The notes below the pieces were generated by a model that did not search any database, was not told where the DNA came from, and saw only the letters and a list, made by a program, of their open reading frames with translations. 64,000 bases of DNA, taken from the NCBI GenBank assembly GCA_965238225.1, contig OZ250183.1, positions 768,001 through 832,000 on the forward strand. Direction: 5' to 3'. Below are positions 46,964 through 57,543 of the stretch, one piece after another (position 1 is the stretch's first letter; every line of letters starts with the position of its first letter). The position numbers were made by a program, and so were the translations under genes. The DNA is from Gammaproteobacteria bacterium (GTDB lineage: Bacteria > Pseudomonadota > Gammaproteobacteria > Eutrophobiales > Eutrophobiaceae).

Positions 46964-47569
46964 TTAGTTTGCGCCTAACTTATCTTCTTTGCCGTCCAGC
47001 AAGCTTTTGATGTTTGCGCTGTGGCGCCAGAATAATAATATTGCCATGAGCGTATTGCTCATGATGATCCAACTGTTGCCATCCCCCTGCGAGAACATTA
47101 ATAAGGCGGTATAGATGGGCGCTGTGGCGGCGGCTATTAGGCTTGCCAAGGATGAATAGCGGAATATAAATGCTATGACAAGCCAAGTGCCCACGAATGC
47201 TAGGCCAAGCATCCAGCAGGTTCCAAATAAAATACCGCCCAGTGTGGCGACGCCCTTGCCGCCTTGGAAATTAAAGAAGATGGGAAACAGGTGCCCGATA
47301 AAGGCGGCAAGGCCAAGGCCTGCGAGTATGATGCTCGGCGCATTTAGTATATGACCAATAAGAACGGCAATAACGCCTTTAAGCACATCTCCTACAAGCA
47401 CCGAGATGGCGGCTTTCCCCCCGTGTAGGCGCAAGACATTAGTAGCACCAGGATTATTTGAACCCCGAGCACGGGGGTCTTCCAACTGCGTCAGCTTACA
47501 AACGACCACGGCAGAGGATACCGAACCGAGCAAATAGGCAAGCACAATCAGTGAAATATATATTACCAT
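46964..47569 (-). CDS. plsY: Glycerol-3-phosphate acyltransferase
   Basis: AYLLGS, GSNNPGATNVLR, GHLFP, FQGGKGVAT, RHSANI. Confidence 0.97.
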   Translation of the reverse strand: MVIYISLIVLAYLLGSVSSAVVVCKLTQLEDPRARGSNNPGATNVLRLHGGKAAISVLVGDVLKGVIAVLIGHILNAPSIILAGLGLAAFIGHLFPIFFNFQGGKGVATLGGILFGTCWMLGLAFVGTWLVIAFIFRYSSLASLIAAATAPIYTALLMFSQGDGNSWIIMSNTLMAILLFWRHSANIKSLLDGKEDKLGAN

Positions 47570-47654
47570 AGAGATATTGAAATCTGTCTTGCTTGATAGG
47601 TCAAGCGGGTATCAGTTTAAGCATTATCGCATTTGCAATGAAATAGACAAAAAC

Positions 47655-48011
47655 ATGGATATTCTTTATATAAACGACCTTCGTATCGAAACCATTATTG
47701 GTATTTATGGCTGGGAGCGTAAAACCAAACAAACCGTGGTGCTGGATATTGAAATGGGCACGGATATTCACAAGGCATCAGTAGGTGGAAATATTGAAGA
47801 CATGCTCAATTATAAAGCTGTCGCCGAGCGCTTGTTTGAGTTTGTTGGGGGCAGTGATTTTGAGTTGATAGAAACGTTGACCGAGCAGATTTCAGATATC
47901 TTACTGAATGAGTTTAATGTTCCGTGGCTGCGATTAAAATTGAATAAACAGGGCGCTTTGAAAGGTGTGCGTGAGGTAGGCATTATTATTGAAAGAGGTC
48001 AAAAGCAATAG
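47655..48011 (+). CDS. folB: Dihydroneopterin aldolase (start MDILY)
   Basis: IETIIGIYGWER, LNYK, FELIETL, VGIIIER; divergent from plsY. Confidence 0.95.
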   Translation: MDILYINDLRIETIIGIYGWERKTKQTVVLDIEMGTDIHKASVGGNIEDMLNYKAVAERLFEFVGGSDFELIETLTEQISDILLNEFNVPWLRLKLNKQGALKGVREVGIIIERGQKQ

Positions 48012-48141
48012 ATAATCAAACAATCCTATGACCCATGTTTATGCTGGGTTAGGCAGTAAAGACAAACATCATCTTATACCAGTCATGCTTTAAACTCGTA
48101 GCTGATTTTTTTATGTTGATTTATTTGCTCTTTTTAAGAAT

Positions 48142-48942
48142 CTACCAGAAAAGCATGCCTAAGCCAATGCAAAAAAGAACCACTGCAAAGATACGCCTTA
48201 AATAATCCACAGGCATGGAATGTGCGAGCCGCGCACCCACCGACGCAAACAATATGCTGGTGATAAGTATTAATATTGCAGCAGGCCAATGCACATAGCC
48301 TATATTGTTTTCCAAAAGAGATACAGCATCTTGCCCAGTAAAGATCATCATCAGTGTGCCCGTTAGAGCAATCGGGAAACCGCAGGCCGATGAACTTGCA
48401 ACCGCTTTGCGAATATCTATGTGGCAGTAGGTTAAAAATGGCACAGTCAAGGTTCCTCCGCCGATTCCAAGAATCGTTGACAATGTTCCTATACCTCCTC
48501 CTGCAATTAACATTCCATTGCGCCCAGGCAGCGATCTCTGCGCTGTCGGTTTAATTGAAAAGCCAATCTGACACGCGACCAATATTTCAAACAAACCAAA
48601 CAGCCTGCGCAGGAAATCACTAGACATATGATCAGTAAGAAATGCACCAAGCATTGCGCCAATGATGATACCTGGAGTTAAAAGGAAAACTTGAGACCAT
48701 AAAACAGCATGATGTTTATGGTGCGTATAACTTGAAGAGATTGAAGTAAAAATAATAGTGAATAAGGATGTTGCTACCGCAAGATGCATTAAAATCTCAG
48801 CAGGCAAACCTTGCCAAATGAATAGCAATAAAAGTGACGGAACAATTAAAATTCCTCCACCTAATCCAAGCAAACCTGCAAGCATCCCTGACATAACGCC
48901 AAGCACGAGATAAGCAGACCAGAGTAATAACTCAGTTGGCAT
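48142..48942 (-). CDS. TauE/SafE family sulfite exporter-like membrane protein
   Basis: GLLGLGGGILIVP, AVATSL, GIGGGTLTVP. Confidence 0.9.
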   Translation of the reverse strand: MPTELLLWSAYLVLGVMSGMLAGLLGLGGGILIVPSLLLLFIWQGLPAEILMHLAVATSLFTIIFTSISSSYTHHKHHAVLWSQVFLLTPGIIIGAMLGAFLTDHMSSDFLRRLFGLFEILVACQIGFSIKPTAQRSLPGRNGMLIAGGGIGTLSTILGIGGGTLTVPFLTYCHIDIRKAVASSSACGFPIALTGTLMMIFTGQDAVSLLENNIGYVHWPAAILILITSILFASVGARLAHSMPVDYLRRIFAVVLFCIGLGMLFW

Positions 48943-49175
48943 CGTTTTCTATTTGCTTTTGCGTAGCCATGCATGCCATTATGGCATAGCTCAGAGCGCA
49001 CACATAGAATGAGCGCCATCTATCCTTAAGAATTTTAAGGGAATCGCGTAACCTTTAAACTGTACTGCATTCTATATTTATTGCTCAAGCTTTACTTTAA
49101 AATCATAGAAAACAGGATTTCTGGTGATAAATTTGAGTCACGGATGGCTCGTGTAAAGTGCCTTAATAAATTATA

Positions 49176-50405
49176 ATGACCGCAATGGAAATATATCTTG
49201 TGGGTGGTGCCGTACGTGACAAGCTGCTTGGGAAACCAAGCGCGGATCATGATTGGGTTGTCGTTGGCAGCACACCAAAGGAAATGGAAGATCAAAAATT
49301 CAAAGCAGTTGGCAAAGATTTTCCTGTGTTTTTGCACCCTGAGACAAAAGAAGAATATGCGCTTGCGCGCACTGAAAGAAAATCCGGGAAAGGATATAAG
49401 GGTTTCACTTTCCATACGTCAAAAGATATCACCTTGGAAGAAGATTTAGCCAGACGTGACCTAAGCATCAATGCCATTGCCATAGATCACGCAGGCAAAC
49501 TTATAGATCCTTTTAACGGCAAACAGGATATTGAAGATAAGATTCTGCGACATGTATCGCCTGCATTTGTGGAGGATCCCTTGCGTGTGCTCAGGGTTGC
49601 TCGATTTACTGCACGGCTTGGTTTTCGCATTGCGCCTGAGACCATGGCACTCATGAATGAGATTTCAAAATCAGGTGAACTCAAAGCATTAGTCCCTGAG
49701 AGAGTTTGGAATGAACTGGAACGAGCCATGGGAGAACCTTACCCATCACGTTTTATTTTGGTGCTACGAGCTTGTCACGCCTTGGGTATTCTTTTTCCAG
49801 AAATTGAACAGTTGTTTGGCGTCCCACAGCCAGAAAAATATCATCCAGAGATCGACACAGGCATTCATACTTTAATGTCGCTCAATCAGGCCGCACGCCT
49901 TAGTCAGGATCCGCAGATTCGCTTCGCTACTTTAGTTCATGATTTGGGGAAAGGAACTACACACAAAGATAAATTACCTAGCCATCATGGTCATGAAGAA
50001 CGTGGTGTTAAACTTATTGAAGCGCTTTGTAAACGTTACAGAGCACCTAAGCAGTATAAAGAATTGGCGAGTCAGGTTTCAAGATACCATCTATCATGCC
50101 ACCGTATCGAAGAAATGCATTCTGAAACAATCCTTAAAAAGCTGGAATCCATGGACGCCTTTCGAAGACCAGAACGCTTTAAGAAATTTCTACTTTGTTG
50201 TGAAGCTGATGCAAGAGGTCGTGCCAGTTTTGAAGACCGCGCCTACCCACAAGCCGATTATTTTAAAAAATATCTAGATGCCGCAAATGAAATCGATACT
50301 AAAAGTTTTAGGGAGGAAGGTCTTGAAGGCAAAGAAATGGCCGAAGCCATTAGAAATGAAAGAATAAGTTTGATAAACGCTGTATTGCAAACTATTGGCA
50401 GTTAA
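49176..50405 (+). CDS. cca: Multifunctional CCA-adding enzyme
   Basis: YLVGGAVRD, EYALARTERK, DLARRD, EDPLRVLR, HD domain. Confidence 0.98.
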   Translation: MTAMEIYLVGGAVRDKLLGKPSADHDWVVVGSTPKEMEDQKFKAVGKDFPVFLHPETKEEYALARTERKSGKGYKGFTFHTSKDITLEEDLARRDLSINAIAIDHAGKLIDPFNGKQDIEDKILRHVSPAFVEDPLRVLRVARFTARLGFRIAPETMALMNEISKSGELKALVPERVWNELERAMGEPYPSRFILVLRACHALGILFPEIEQLFGVPQPEKYHPEIDTGIHTLMSLNQAARLSQDPQIRFATLVHDLGKGTTHKDKLPSHHGHEERGVKLIEALCKRYRAPKQYKELASQVSRYHLSCHRIEEMHSETILKKLESMDAFRRPERFKKFLLCCEADARGRASFEDRAYPQADYFKKYLDAANEIDTKSFREEGLEGKEMAEAIRNERISLINAVLQTIGS

Positions 50406-50511
50406 CAGTCACACCCCTCTGTATTTTCTTTTTAAGATAGAGTTTAACCTAACTTACCAGACTTGTCACAACTAGTAAACTTCCAAATGTATCCAAATGC
50501 TACTAATTTAA

Positions 50512-51111
50512 TCAGTTACATTTATTTGTATCTATAACGATATTCACAATATATTTTTGATTTTTCCCATAGTAAGCATAACTAACCGGAATATTATTTT
50601 CTACTATCAGCTTCATGTCAGGACTTGTGCATATGTAATTTCTAATTCTATCTTTATTGTTGTTTTTTAGAAGCTCAGGATCTATTTCTTCTTGTGCATA
50701 ATTTATCAACACGTAGTTATATTGAAACGTATTGCCATTAACTATGCTTACAGAAAATAATTTAGTGTCTTTATCTACCATTATTGGCAGGGTTTTATTA
50801 ATCTCGGCTGCTACTTCTTCTAATAATACAGTATTAACTTCTGACTCTTTGTGTACCAAAGAATTTACACTTTGCTTAACAAACGTGCCACCAATACTAA
50901 AACCAATGAGTATTGCTACACTCACCAGAATCAGAGTGAATATATTTTCACTTTCACCTTTACCCATTCGTTGTTTTATAGATAATCTCTTCTGATAGTT
51001 ACATCTTCTTGCAATATTTCTGAGTTGTTTCCTTGCCATGTATTTTACGAAAATTTTGTACGACAGTGCATTGGAAGAAACCCTGTTGATAATGGTTTCA
51101 TAAGAAATCAT
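50512..51111 (-). CDS. Hypothetical membrane-anchored protein (true start possibly 50967)
   Basis: One TM helix then 'EINKTLPIMVD..T.L..V....N...YNY' domain, reminiscent of AspS/PA3611-like small periplasmic folds (tentative). Confidence 0.55.
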   Translation of the reverse strand: MISYETIINRVSSNALSYKIFVKYMARKQLRNIARRCNYQKRLSIKQRMGKGESENIFTLILVSVAILIGFSIGGTFVKQSVNSLVHKESEVNTVLLEEVAAEINKTLPIMVDKDTKLFSVSIVNGNTFQYNYVLINYAQEEIDPELLKNNNKDRIRNYICTSPDMKLIVENNIPVSYAYYGKNQKYIVNIVIDTNKCN

Positions 51112-51174
51112 TGTTATACAGATTAACAGCGATCTGACAACAGCAGACCGTTATAACAAAAGATCTAAGAACTC

Positions 51175-51972
51175 TCATAAAAACAGATAAAGCAACACAC
51201 TGCCCAATAATAAACGATAGACAACGTAAGGTAACATACCTGTTTTTTCAATGAATCTCAGAAATAGACTGATTGTCATTGACGCTGTAAGCCATGAAAC
51301 AACAAAAACTATAGCAAAGGATGTAACATTTGCTGTATCACCTTTTCTTAAAAATGAAAAAATTTCATAACTTCCAACAAGGAATATTACAGGGATAGAC
51401 AATAAGAATGAGAATCGTGCTGCTGCCTTTCTGTTAAGACCTAACATCAATCCTGCGGTCATGGTTACCCCGGATCTTGAGATGCCAGGAATCAATGCCA
51501 GAACCTGAGCAAGACCAACCCAGATAATATCTTTCAGGCACAATGTTTCATTACTCCGGTTTTGGTTGCCTTTATTATCAGCAAGCCAAAGCAAAAGCCC
51601 AAAGACAATTGTAGTAAACGCAATAATCAGGGGATTTCGAAAATATTCCAGGATAAAGTTGTGCCCTAAAAAACCGACCACTGAAACAGGAATCGTCGCA
51701 AAGACCAAATACCAGAACAGTTGAGCATTTCTATTATTATCATGCCATGGCACAGATTTAACACCATTGCCGATAATAATTCTTAAGTCTTTTCTGTAAT
51801 AGATAATGACTGCTAATAATGTGCCGAAATGCGCAGCAATATCCATGGCTAAACCTTGATCCTGCCACTTCGCAATTAACGGTAATAGGATTAAATGCGC
51901 CGAACTTGAAATCGGCAAAAATTCTGTCAATCCTTGCAGCAAGCCCAATAGGATGAAATGTAGGATATCCAA
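51175..51972 (-). CDS. uppP: Undecaprenyl-diphosphatase
   Basis: QGLTEFLPISSSAH, PGISRSG, FSFLLSIP. Confidence 0.97.
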   Translation of the reverse strand: MDILHFILLGLLQGLTEFLPISSSAHLILLPLIAKWQDQGLAMDIAAHFGTLLAVIIYYRKDLRIIIGNGVKSVPWHDNNRNAQLFWYLVFATIPVSVVGFLGHNFILEYFRNPLIIAFTTIVFGLLLWLADNKGNQNRSNETLCLKDIIWVGLAQVLALIPGISRSGVTMTAGLMLGLNRKAAARFSFLLSIPVIFLVGSYEIFSFLRKGDTANVTSFAIVFVVSWLTASMTISLFLRFIEKTGMLPYVVYRLLLGSVLLYLFL

Positions 51973-52050
51973 TATTTAATCAGCGATATTATTTATAGAT
52001 AAAAAAAAGATTTTTAATTGTTTTATATGTCGTGTCATTATTTTCATATT

Positions 52051-53271
52051 TTATAGACGTTGTCTTTGATCAATAAAATTAAAACCACATAATTGAATAT
52101 CAATTTTTTTAGTCAAGCCGATAAATTTGAATTTTTCACCCATCTCACCCGGCATGGTTAACTTGCTAACTTGTTGTATCGTTTTTGATCTTTCAATCAC
52201 ATTATCTGTTTTGAGCTCTGATACAAATGAATCTAAGCCACATGCAATTAAAAAATGTGCCTGTGTAGTAAATCCAGAAACATGTAAGCTCGCATTGACA
52301 GCGGTTTCTGCGACAGTGGTAAAATCTACCGAAGCAGTAATATCCTGCAACCCTGGATACAAGAATGGATCGTCATGCACGTGATGTCGATAGTGACAGA
52401 GCAATGTCCCCGCAGCTCTTTGCGGATGAAAATATTCATACCGAGGATAGCCATAATCAGAAATCAATATAAGACCTTTATCCAAAATATCATTTAACGA
52501 GTTTAACCATGGTTTAATATTATAGTTTAATTCTGTGATATAGGGTGTTGGCAATGATTCTTTTAGGGTGCCAAGTAATTTTTTTATATCTATTTTTAAT
52601 TTTTCATCAATATCTTTCTTAATCCATTGAAATTGAATTTGATCATTTTTCTTGATATCACAAGTAATAGCGGCTTCTTTAATCTCATCATCAATTATCA
52701 TACGTTTCACAGGCATGGCATCAATAATCTCATTTGCCAAAATCACACCTTTTATTTTTTCTTCAGGGAAATTACTAATCCATACAAATCGTTTTTCAAG
52801 CTGAGGAATTGAACGCTTAATGTTGCGCTGTTGCCTTTGCTGTAAATCTGCACTGGGCTCAAGCATATAATAGGTTTTTGGCAAAGCATTTTTTCGTTCT
52901 AGGTAACGCATAAGTTCTATTGCCATTGCGCCAGTACCAGGACCGAGTTCAAGAATGCTGCATGATGTTTTTGCGGATGAGATTTCTGATAGAATTTGTT
53001 GGCACTGTTTAGCGACACAACGAGAGAAGAGGGGGGATAATTCCGGCGCAGTCACAAAATCGCCTTGTTCGCCAAATTTAGTAGAACCAGCACTGTAATA
53101 ACCCAAGCCCGGTTCATACAATACCATCTGCATGTATTGCTCGAAACTAATCGAGCCATTATTTTCCATAATGGCAAGATGTATTTTTCTTCGCAGGTTT
53201 TCGCTTAATTTAAGAGCAAATTTATCGGGTATGGGAAGATTCAAATTGCAGCATTGTGAGCTGGGCATCAT
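52051..53271 (-). CDS. SAM-dependent methyltransferase, MidA/NDUFAF7 family
   Basis: GYY..GDFVTAPE, ELGPGTG, NEIIDAMP, DYGY, QDITASVDF, MGEKFK. Confidence 0.93.
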   Translation of the reverse strand: MMPSSQCCNLNLPIPDKFALKLSENLRRKIHLAIMENNGSISFEQYMQMVLYEPGLGYYSAGSTKFGEQGDFVTAPELSPLFSRCVAKQCQQILSEISSAKTSCSILELGPGTGAMAIELMRYLERKNALPKTYYMLEPSADLQQRQQRNIKRSIPQLEKRFVWISNFPEEKIKGVILANEIIDAMPVKRMIIDDEIKEAAITCDIKKNDQIQFQWIKKDIDEKLKIDIKKLLGTLKESLPTPYITELNYNIKPWLNSLNDILDKGLILISDYGYPRYEYFHPQRAAGTLLCHYRHHVHDDPFLYPGLQDITASVDFTTVAETAVNASLHVSGFTTQAHFLIACGLDSFVSELKTDNVIERSKTIQQVSKLTMPGEMGEKFKFIGLTKKIDIQLCGFNFIDQRQRL

Positions 53272-53313
53272 TTTAATTATGAGTCTTCAGTCGCAAACTC
53301 ACTTGGCTTTAAA

Positions 53314-53754
53314 TTACTTGAACTTTGGAAAGCCTGTTTCAATCAGCCATCGCTCAGTTGCCTGATTGTACCACCATGTCTGATTCAATTTTAATTTTTT
53401 AACATAAGCCTCAGCTTCGTGATAATAGCTTACCTCAAAAATAATGAGGGCTTGTTTGGCATTATCCGTTTTTGAATCAAGTATGATCGTCTTGGAAATA
53501 AATTCAACACTCGTCACACTGAAATTTTCAAGGTAATCAATATCCACTTTAGTAAGCTTTTCTTCTTTTGTAATGTGGAAGTTTGCAGCATCTCGATAGC
53601 GACCCCATCTTAATGCTGCACTATACTGCCTGAGTGATTGTTCAAGCTTATTTGCCTGCTTTTTGTTATCCAAAGATGCGCAGCTAGAAAGCAGCATCAT
53701 AGATGTTGTAATCATCATTGACATTAATAATGATATCGAATATTTTAATCTCAT
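53314..53754 (-). CDS. Hypothetical lipoprotein
   Basis: Lipobox LSSC after hydrophobic signal; 'YSAALRWG' domain. Confidence 0.75.
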   Translation of the reverse strand: MRLKYSISLLMSMMITTSMMLLSSCASLDNKKQANKLEQSLRQYSAALRWGRYRDAANFHITKEEKLTKVDIDYLENFSVTSVEFISKTIILDSKTDNAKQALIIFEVSYYHEAEAYVKKLKLNQTWWYNQATERWLIETGFPKFK

Positions 53755-53820
53755 ATTAGCCTTCCAAGGTATTGATTGTAGAATGTGTTTAGTTTCATTA
53801 TTTCAAGTGTTCTGTAGCAT

Positions 53821-54843
53821 TTATCGGGTGTTTCTCAGAATAATATTTGCCAGAGCTTTAATGTGCGCTGGACGATCATTTAACGCAGGGATATAAAAGA
53901 ATTTATCCCCTCCCGCCGCAAGAAATATTTCTCGATTCCGCATATTTATTTCTTCAAGTGTTTCAAGACAGTCTACAGAAAAACCAGGGCATACAATATC
54001 AATACTTTTAACACCAGACGAAGCCAACTCTTTTAGAGTTACATCAATATAGGGTTTGAGCCATTCTTTGAGACCGAATCGCGATTGGAAGGTCAATATC
54101 CATTCATCTTCATTCAGATTTAATTTTTCAGCAATGAGTCTGGCTGTTTTGTGAGATTCACAATAGTAGGGATCACCTGCTTTGAAGTAGGCTTTTGGAA
54201 TACCATGAAATGAAAATAATAATTTTTCAGCACGGCCTGTTTTTTGCCAATGTTCTGTAATACTCTCAGTAAGTGCATCAATATAATCAGGTATGTCATG
54301 GTAATGTTTGACTAAATGTAATTCTGGAATATCACGCCAAGTTTTCAAAACGTTTGCTATTTTATCAAATGTTGATGCCGTCGTTGTGGCAGAATATTGT
54401 GGGTAAAGCGGTAAAATAATAATCTTTTTCGCATTGGCTTCTTGCAGCTTTTTGAGACTCGCATGGATTGATGGGTTTCCATAACGCATGGCTAATTCAA
54501 CATGAAATTTTTCTGCGGCATGTTCATCTAAATATTTTTGTATCGCAGTAGTCTGTTTTTTTGAGATAGCCAATAAAGGCGATCCTGATTCAGTCCATAT
54601 TTTACGATAAGCAGCAGCGGAGCGTTTTGCCCTAGTTTGTAAGATAAATCCGTGCAGGATAAACCACCAAAGCAGACCATGTATCTCAATTACACGCGAA
54701 TCTGTTAGAAATTCGCCAAGATAGCGTCTTAATGCCAAGGGCGTTGGCGCATCTGGGGTGCCAAGATTTGTCACAAGGACACCAGTGCAGGATACTGCGT
54801 CATGTTTAAAGTCTGCATTCCCAGTATAATGTGCCATATACAC
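53821..54843 (-). CDS. hemH: Ferrochelatase
   Basis: NLGTP, LYPQYSATT, SFHGIP, QSRFG..EWLKPY, DCLETLEE. Confidence 0.98.
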   Translation of the reverse strand: MYMAHYTGNADFKHDAVSCTGVLVTNLGTPDAPTPLALRRYLGEFLTDSRVIEIHGLLWWFILHGFILQTRAKRSAAAYRKIWTESGSPLLAISKKQTTAIQKYLDEHAAEKFHVELAMRYGNPSIHASLKKLQEANAKKIIILPLYPQYSATTTASTFDKIANVLKTWRDIPELHLVKHYHDIPDYIDALTESITEHWQKTGRAEKLLFSFHGIPKAYFKAGDPYYCESHKTARLIAEKLNLNEDEWILTFQSRFGLKEWLKPYIDVTLKELASSGVKSIDIVCPGFSVDCLETLEEINMRNREIFLAAGGDKFFYIPALNDRPAHIKALANIILRNTR

Positions 54844-54946
54844 CTAAATTACTTGGAAAAGAAGATTACAGCAAGGACGAGAAGCAGCTATATTAATATT
54901 ATGTAGTGGCAGAACTAATTATTTATATTTATATAGAAAGTAAAAC

Positions 54947-55510
54947 ATGAAATTTTGCAATCAATGTGGCGCTACAGTTAGCAAAAAAATCCCGGAAGGG
55001 GATAATCGCCTGCGTTACGTTTGTAGCTCTTGTCAGGAAATTCATTACCAGAATCCTAAGATAGTGGTGGGCTGTATCCCTGAATACGAGAATAAGGTGT
55101 TATTGTGTAAAAGAGCCATCGAGCCACGATATGGGTGCTGGACTTTGCCAGCAGGGTTTATGGAGCTTAGAGAAACTTCATTTGAAGCTGCCTTACGGGA
55201 GACGCTTGAGGAAGCAAATGCAAGAGTGCGCATATCAGAATTGTATACGGTTTGTAGTCTTCCTTATGCAAGCCAAGTTTATATGATATATCGATCACAG
55301 TTACTGGATCTGGATTTTTCTGCAGGAGAGGAAAGTTTGGAAGTAAAATTATGCGCAGAAGATGAGATTCCATGGAATGATATTGCATTTACAACAATAA
55401 AACATACATTAAAATTTTACTTTCAAGACAGGCGCAACAAGCATTTTTGTCTACATACAGGCGACATCATTGACAAGAAAGACGGCAGCTATGATTTTCT
55501 GCCAAGATAA
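54947..55510 (+). CDS. NUDIX hydrolase with N-terminal zinc ribbon
   Basis: MKFCNQCG..C..C..IHYQNP, Nudix box AGFMELRETSFEAALRETLEE. Confidence 0.93.
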   Translation: MKFCNQCGATVSKKIPEGDNRLRYVCSSCQEIHYQNPKIVVGCIPEYENKVLLCKRAIEPRYGCWTLPAGFMELRETSFEAALRETLEEANARVRISELYTVCSLPYASQVYMIYRSQLLDLDFSAGEESLEVKLCAEDEIPWNDIAFTTIKHTLKFYFQDRRNKHFCLHTGDIIDKKDGSYDFLPR

Positions 55511-55599
55511 GAGTTTAGAGCAGAACCAGAGTTTAGATGTCAAAGAGTACGCGGTTGTCCGCATAAAGTCTTAGCCGCAAGCTAAGCGAAACCAATCTA

Positions 55600-56856
55600 C
55601 TAACGTTTCATTGCATCAAAGAATTCTGCATTATTTTTGGTGGCTTTGAGTCTCTCCATAAGAAATTCCATTGCAGCCAAGTCTTCCATCGGGTGTAATA
55701 ATTTACGAAGTATCCATATCTTTTGCAGATCATCTTCAGCAGTCAATAATTCTTCGCGACGTGTACCAGAGCGATTAATGTTTATTGCAGGATAAATGCG
55801 TTTTTCGGCAATATACCTATCTAGATGCAATTCCATATTGCCCGTGCCCTTGAACTCTTCATAGATAACATCGTCCATGCGCGATCCTGTGTCAACCAGC
55901 GCGGTGGCAATGATGGTCAAACTACCGCCCTCTTCAATATTACGAGCAGCACCAAAAAATCGTTTTGGTCTTTGCAGTGCATTGGCATCAACACCACCGG
56001 TAAGCACCTTGCCTGAAGCAGGAACCACGGTATTGTAGGCACGTGCAAGACGAGTGATTGAATCCAGCAGGATAACGACATCTTTCTTATGTTCAACCAG
56101 ACGTTTCGCGCGCGCAATAACCATCTCGGCAACCTGAACGTGACGGTTCGCAGGCTCATCAAAGGTGCTTGAAATCACTTCGGCTATGGTGGTTCTTTCC
56201 ATCTCAGTGACTTCTTCAGGGCGTTCGTCAATCAGAAGAATAATCATGTGGCAGTCAGGGTTATTGTGAGCGATGGATTTCGCTAGACTCTGTAGCATCA
56301 TTGTTTTGCCCGCCTTCGGAGGTGAAACAATTAATCCACGTTGCCCTTTTCCTATTGGAGACATCAAATCGATGATTCTTGGCGTTATATCTTCAGTGCT
56401 GCCGTTACCCATTTCTAGAGTGAATCTTTCGTTAGCAAATAACGGAGTCAGATTTTCAAAAAGTATTTTACCTTTTGCTTTTTCTGGAGCTTCAAAATTT
56501 ATTTCTTTAATTTTTAGTAATGCAAAATAACGTTCACTGTCTTTAGGGGGTCTGATTTTCCCGGCAATATTATCGCCAGTTCTGAGGTTAAAACGTCTTA
56601 TTTGGCTTGGCGAGACGTATATATCATCCGGACCCGCGAGATAGGAGCTGTCTGCTGATCTAAGAAATCCAAAACCATCCTGTAAAATTTCCAGCACCCC
56701 ATTACCATAGATATCTTCACCTTTTTTAGCGTGTGCCTTGAGTATCTCAAAAATGACATCTTGTTTGCGAGATCTTGCCAGTCCATCAAGACCAAGTTTT
56801 TCTGAGAGTGTGATGAGTTCTGTTGCTGGTTGTTGCTTAAGTTCAGTAAGGTTCAT
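55600..56856 (-). CDS. rho: Transcription termination factor Rho
   Basis: [28 protein letters not shown]. Confidence 0.99.
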   Translation of the reverse strand: MNLTELKQQPATELITLSEKLGLDGLARSRKQDVIFEILKAHAKKGEDIYGNGVLEILQDGFGFLRSADSSYLAGPDDIYVSPSQIRRFNLRTGDNIAGKIRPPKDSERYFALLKIKEINFEAPEKAKGKILFENLTPLFANERFTLEMGNGSTEDITPRIIDLMSPIGKGQRGLIVSPPKAGKTMMLQSLAKSIAHNNPDCHMIILLIDERPEEVTEMERTTIAEVISSTFDEPANRHVQVAEMVIARAKRLVEHKKDVVILLDSITRLARAYNTVVPASGKVLTGGVDANALQRPKRFFGAARNIEEGGSLTIIATALVDTGSRMDDVIYEEFKGTGNMELHLDRYIAEKRIYPAININRSGTRREELLTAEDDLQKIWILRKLLHPMEDLAAMEFLMERLKATKNNAEFFDAMKR

Positions 56857-57112
56857 AGGTGTAGTTTGGTTTCATGTAATGCGAAATTGTGAAAACGTAC
56901 CTTACGAGTACGCTTACAGGATATAGATCGGTTTTGTTAAAATTTTTTTTTAAACTTATTTAAAATTACTTATAAATTACTTATAAATTAAAATATATTT
57001 TGGGGAGTTATCATTAAAAAATTGAGAAAGTAAAAAATTGAGAAAGATTTTCTCTAAATTTGTAAGCGTAAGCTAGCATGTTGCCAACCCCTCGTCCAGT
57101 ACAAAATACAAC

Positions 57113-57439
57113 TTAAATAGTACTATCGATAAATGCGGCGAGTTGAGCCTTAGATATCTGCCCAACTTTTGTGCCAATAACATTACCATTTTTAAATATC
57201 ATTAATGTTGGGATGCCTTTGACGACATATTTCTGTGGTGTTTGTTGATTATCATCAATATTCATCTTTACTATGGTTAATTTCCCCTCATATTCGCCAG
57301 AAATTTCTTCAAGTACCGGTGCAATAGCTTTACATGGTCCGCACCATTCTGCCCAGTAATCAACAAGAATAGGTGTGTTTGATTTTAATACTTCTTCTTC
57401 GAAGCTAGAATCTGTAACATGTGCGATGTTTTTACTCAT
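57113..57439 (-). CDS. trxA: Thioredoxin
   Basis: WCGPC; upstream of rho. Confidence 0.98.
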   Translation of the reverse strand: MSKNIAHVTDSSFEEEVLKSNTPILVDYWAEWCGPCKAIAPVLEEISGEYEGKLTIVKMNIDDNQQTPQKYVVKGIPTLMIFKNGNVIGTKVGQISKAQLAAFIDSTI

Positions 57440-57543
57440 AACAAACCTTAGGATACCTCTATATTATCTTTAGAAATATCCTTGTATTTCAACGAAATTA
57501 AGACACGATTGCAAGCCAAATTGGTCAATTAAATTAAATTTTT

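Noticed and set aside
56960-57046. Short AT-rich duplications (AATTACTTATA; AAAAAATTGAGAAAG) in the trxA-rho spacer
   Set aside because: Two-copy low-complexity slips with no supportable function
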